NCBI GenBank assembly: GCA_963805855.1
Contig: CAWDVW010000002.1
Location: forward strand, 512,001 to 576,000
Length of the DNA stretch: 64,000 bases
From: Candidatus Dadabacteria bacterium
GTDB lineage: Bacteria > Desulfobacterota_D > UBA1144 > Nemesobacterales > CSP1-2
Reading direction: 5' to 3'
Shown here: piece by piece, positions 62,923-64,000 of the stretch
Position numbering within the stretch: position 1 is the first letter of the stretch
How the letters are laid out: every line of letters begins with the position of its first letter
Position numbers and translations under genes: made by a program
Notes under the pieces: model-generated
Told to the model about the DNA's origin: nothing
The model's database searches: none
The model's input: the letters and a program-made list of their open reading frames with translations, nothing else

Positions 62923-64000
62923 TCAATCATTTCCAACCCTCTCTGGTTTGATGGCGTTTCTGTCGGAGTCTCCATCAAAGAAGGGAGGTGGGAGAAGAGG
63001 AAGTTTTTCCTTTTTAGAGGTTTGACGTTGAAGCTCTATCTCCGACACCAGTATACTCGGAGAAACAGTTGACACCGGAACGTACCCAGACTCTGCCCCG
63101 CAAAAGCCATTGAATACCGCATAGTCATCCCCTGTAGCTATTATCTTATTAATGGAAACGAGGGGCGTTCCAACGATTTCGACGTCCCTAACAAGCGTCT
63201 CCTTGCCAGTCTCGGGGTCAACCTTATAAACAACCACCGGTGTCGCGCTGAATGCCTGAAAGTCATAGGTTGAAGTATTTGTCTCTCCCCCAGTCATTTT
63301 CTCGATGATAAGACCAAACGGCTTTTTTTGACGCTTTACCTCTTCCATGAGCATCCTCTTTAGTTCCTCCTTTGGATACTCCTTTTTGGATTTAACTATA
63401 GTATTGCTCATCCTGGCCATGGGTGCTCTTCTGTATGCCGCCCTCCCATGCCCATTGGACTTTTCAAAACCATTTATCGGTGTTCGGGAAAGAAGAAAAT
63501 TCTTTAAAATACCGTTCTCGACCAGCGCCACCGTTTGACCGGGAACCCCCTCGTCGTCGACAGGATAATAACCAAGAAGGCGAGTTCCATTGAAGCTCTT
63601 TAATTCAGGATCATCAACGATCGACAGAAAAGGGGGAATTATCTTTTCTCCAACCTTATCTTTAAAGGTTTGACCCTCTTTGTCATTGATCTGCCGCTCA
63701 CCCTCGAGCCTGTGACCAACGGCTTCATGGAATACAATTCCCGCAGCCTCGGGCTCTAATATCGCGGGCACATTTACCGGCGAAAGCACATCAGCGGTTT
63801 TCATATCGAGCGTTTCTTTCACTAAGTCCCTCATAATAGACTTCAATTGATCCACCGAAGGAATTTCCTGTAGGGAAAAATAATACAGGTTTGTATAATT
63901 TTCAATTACTCTCCCGTCATCCGCCCTTGTCGTAGCATCAGCATCTATCGAATACAGTATCTCGTCCCCTACATCTCGGCTGCCCTCGGAATTGACGAAA
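62923..64000 (-). CDS. TldD/PmbA family metalloprotease, 5'-truncated by window edge
   Basis: FHEAVGHRLEG, DDEGV, SNGHGR, RMSN and GFCGAESG. Confidence 0.85.
   Translation of the reverse strand, partial: FVNSEGSRDVGDEILYSIDADATTRADDGRVIENYTNLYYFSLQEIPSVDQLKSIMRDLVKETLDMKTADVLSPVNVPAILEPEAAGIVFHEAVGHRLEGERQINDKEGQTFKDKVGEKIIPPFLSIVDDPELKSFNGTRLLGYYPVDDEGVPGQTVALVENGILKNFLLSRTPINGFEKSNGHGRAAYRRAPMARMSNTIVKSKKEYPKEELKRMLMEEVKRQKKPFGLIIEKMTGGETNTSTYDFQAFSATPVVVYKVDPETGKETLVRDVEIVGTPLVSINKIIATGDDYAVFNGFCGAESGYVPVSTVSPSILVSEIELQRQTSKKEKLPLLPPPFFDGDSDRNAIKPERVGND

Overview
This is bacterial chromosomal DNA with a moderately AT-rich backbone. The gene content suggests a Desulfobacterota/deltaproteobacteria-like environmental organism, but that is a low-confidence impression and was not tested. 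In order, the window holds: a partial apbE; a tiny hyper-acidic ORF; tRNA-Leu and tRNA-Cys; a GC-rich sugar-phosphate island (glgP relic, pgm, gnd, zwf); a RAYT/IS200-like Y1 transposase homolog whose catalytic Tyr appears replaced; a long run of stress, redox and housekeeping singletons (PhzF, MoxR/VWA, HIT, purU, B12 radical SAM, nitroreductase, DoxX, GST, ferritin, TetR/peroxiredoxin, FKBP, GT2, radical SAM, metacaspase); ntrBC-rnc-glnB-glnA with a sigma54 promoter; an orphan nuoJKL; nth; an AT-rich RhuM-Fic plus HEPN cassette; a sigma70 factor; an ArgC-like/adenylation enzyme/ACP operon; a metallopeptidase; and a partial TldD. The most notable observation is a regular ~36-bp-period array of 25-nt palindromes just upstream of the RhuM-Fic gene, each a variant of a perfect 25-nt palindrome inside that gene's own coding sequence. 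Also notable are an ArgC paralog lacking the HRH substrate motif that is linked to an adenylation enzyme and a carrier protein, and several REP-like repeat families, including a GATAG-footed 77-bp paired element. Many genes carry single-base insertions that are probably sequencing errors.
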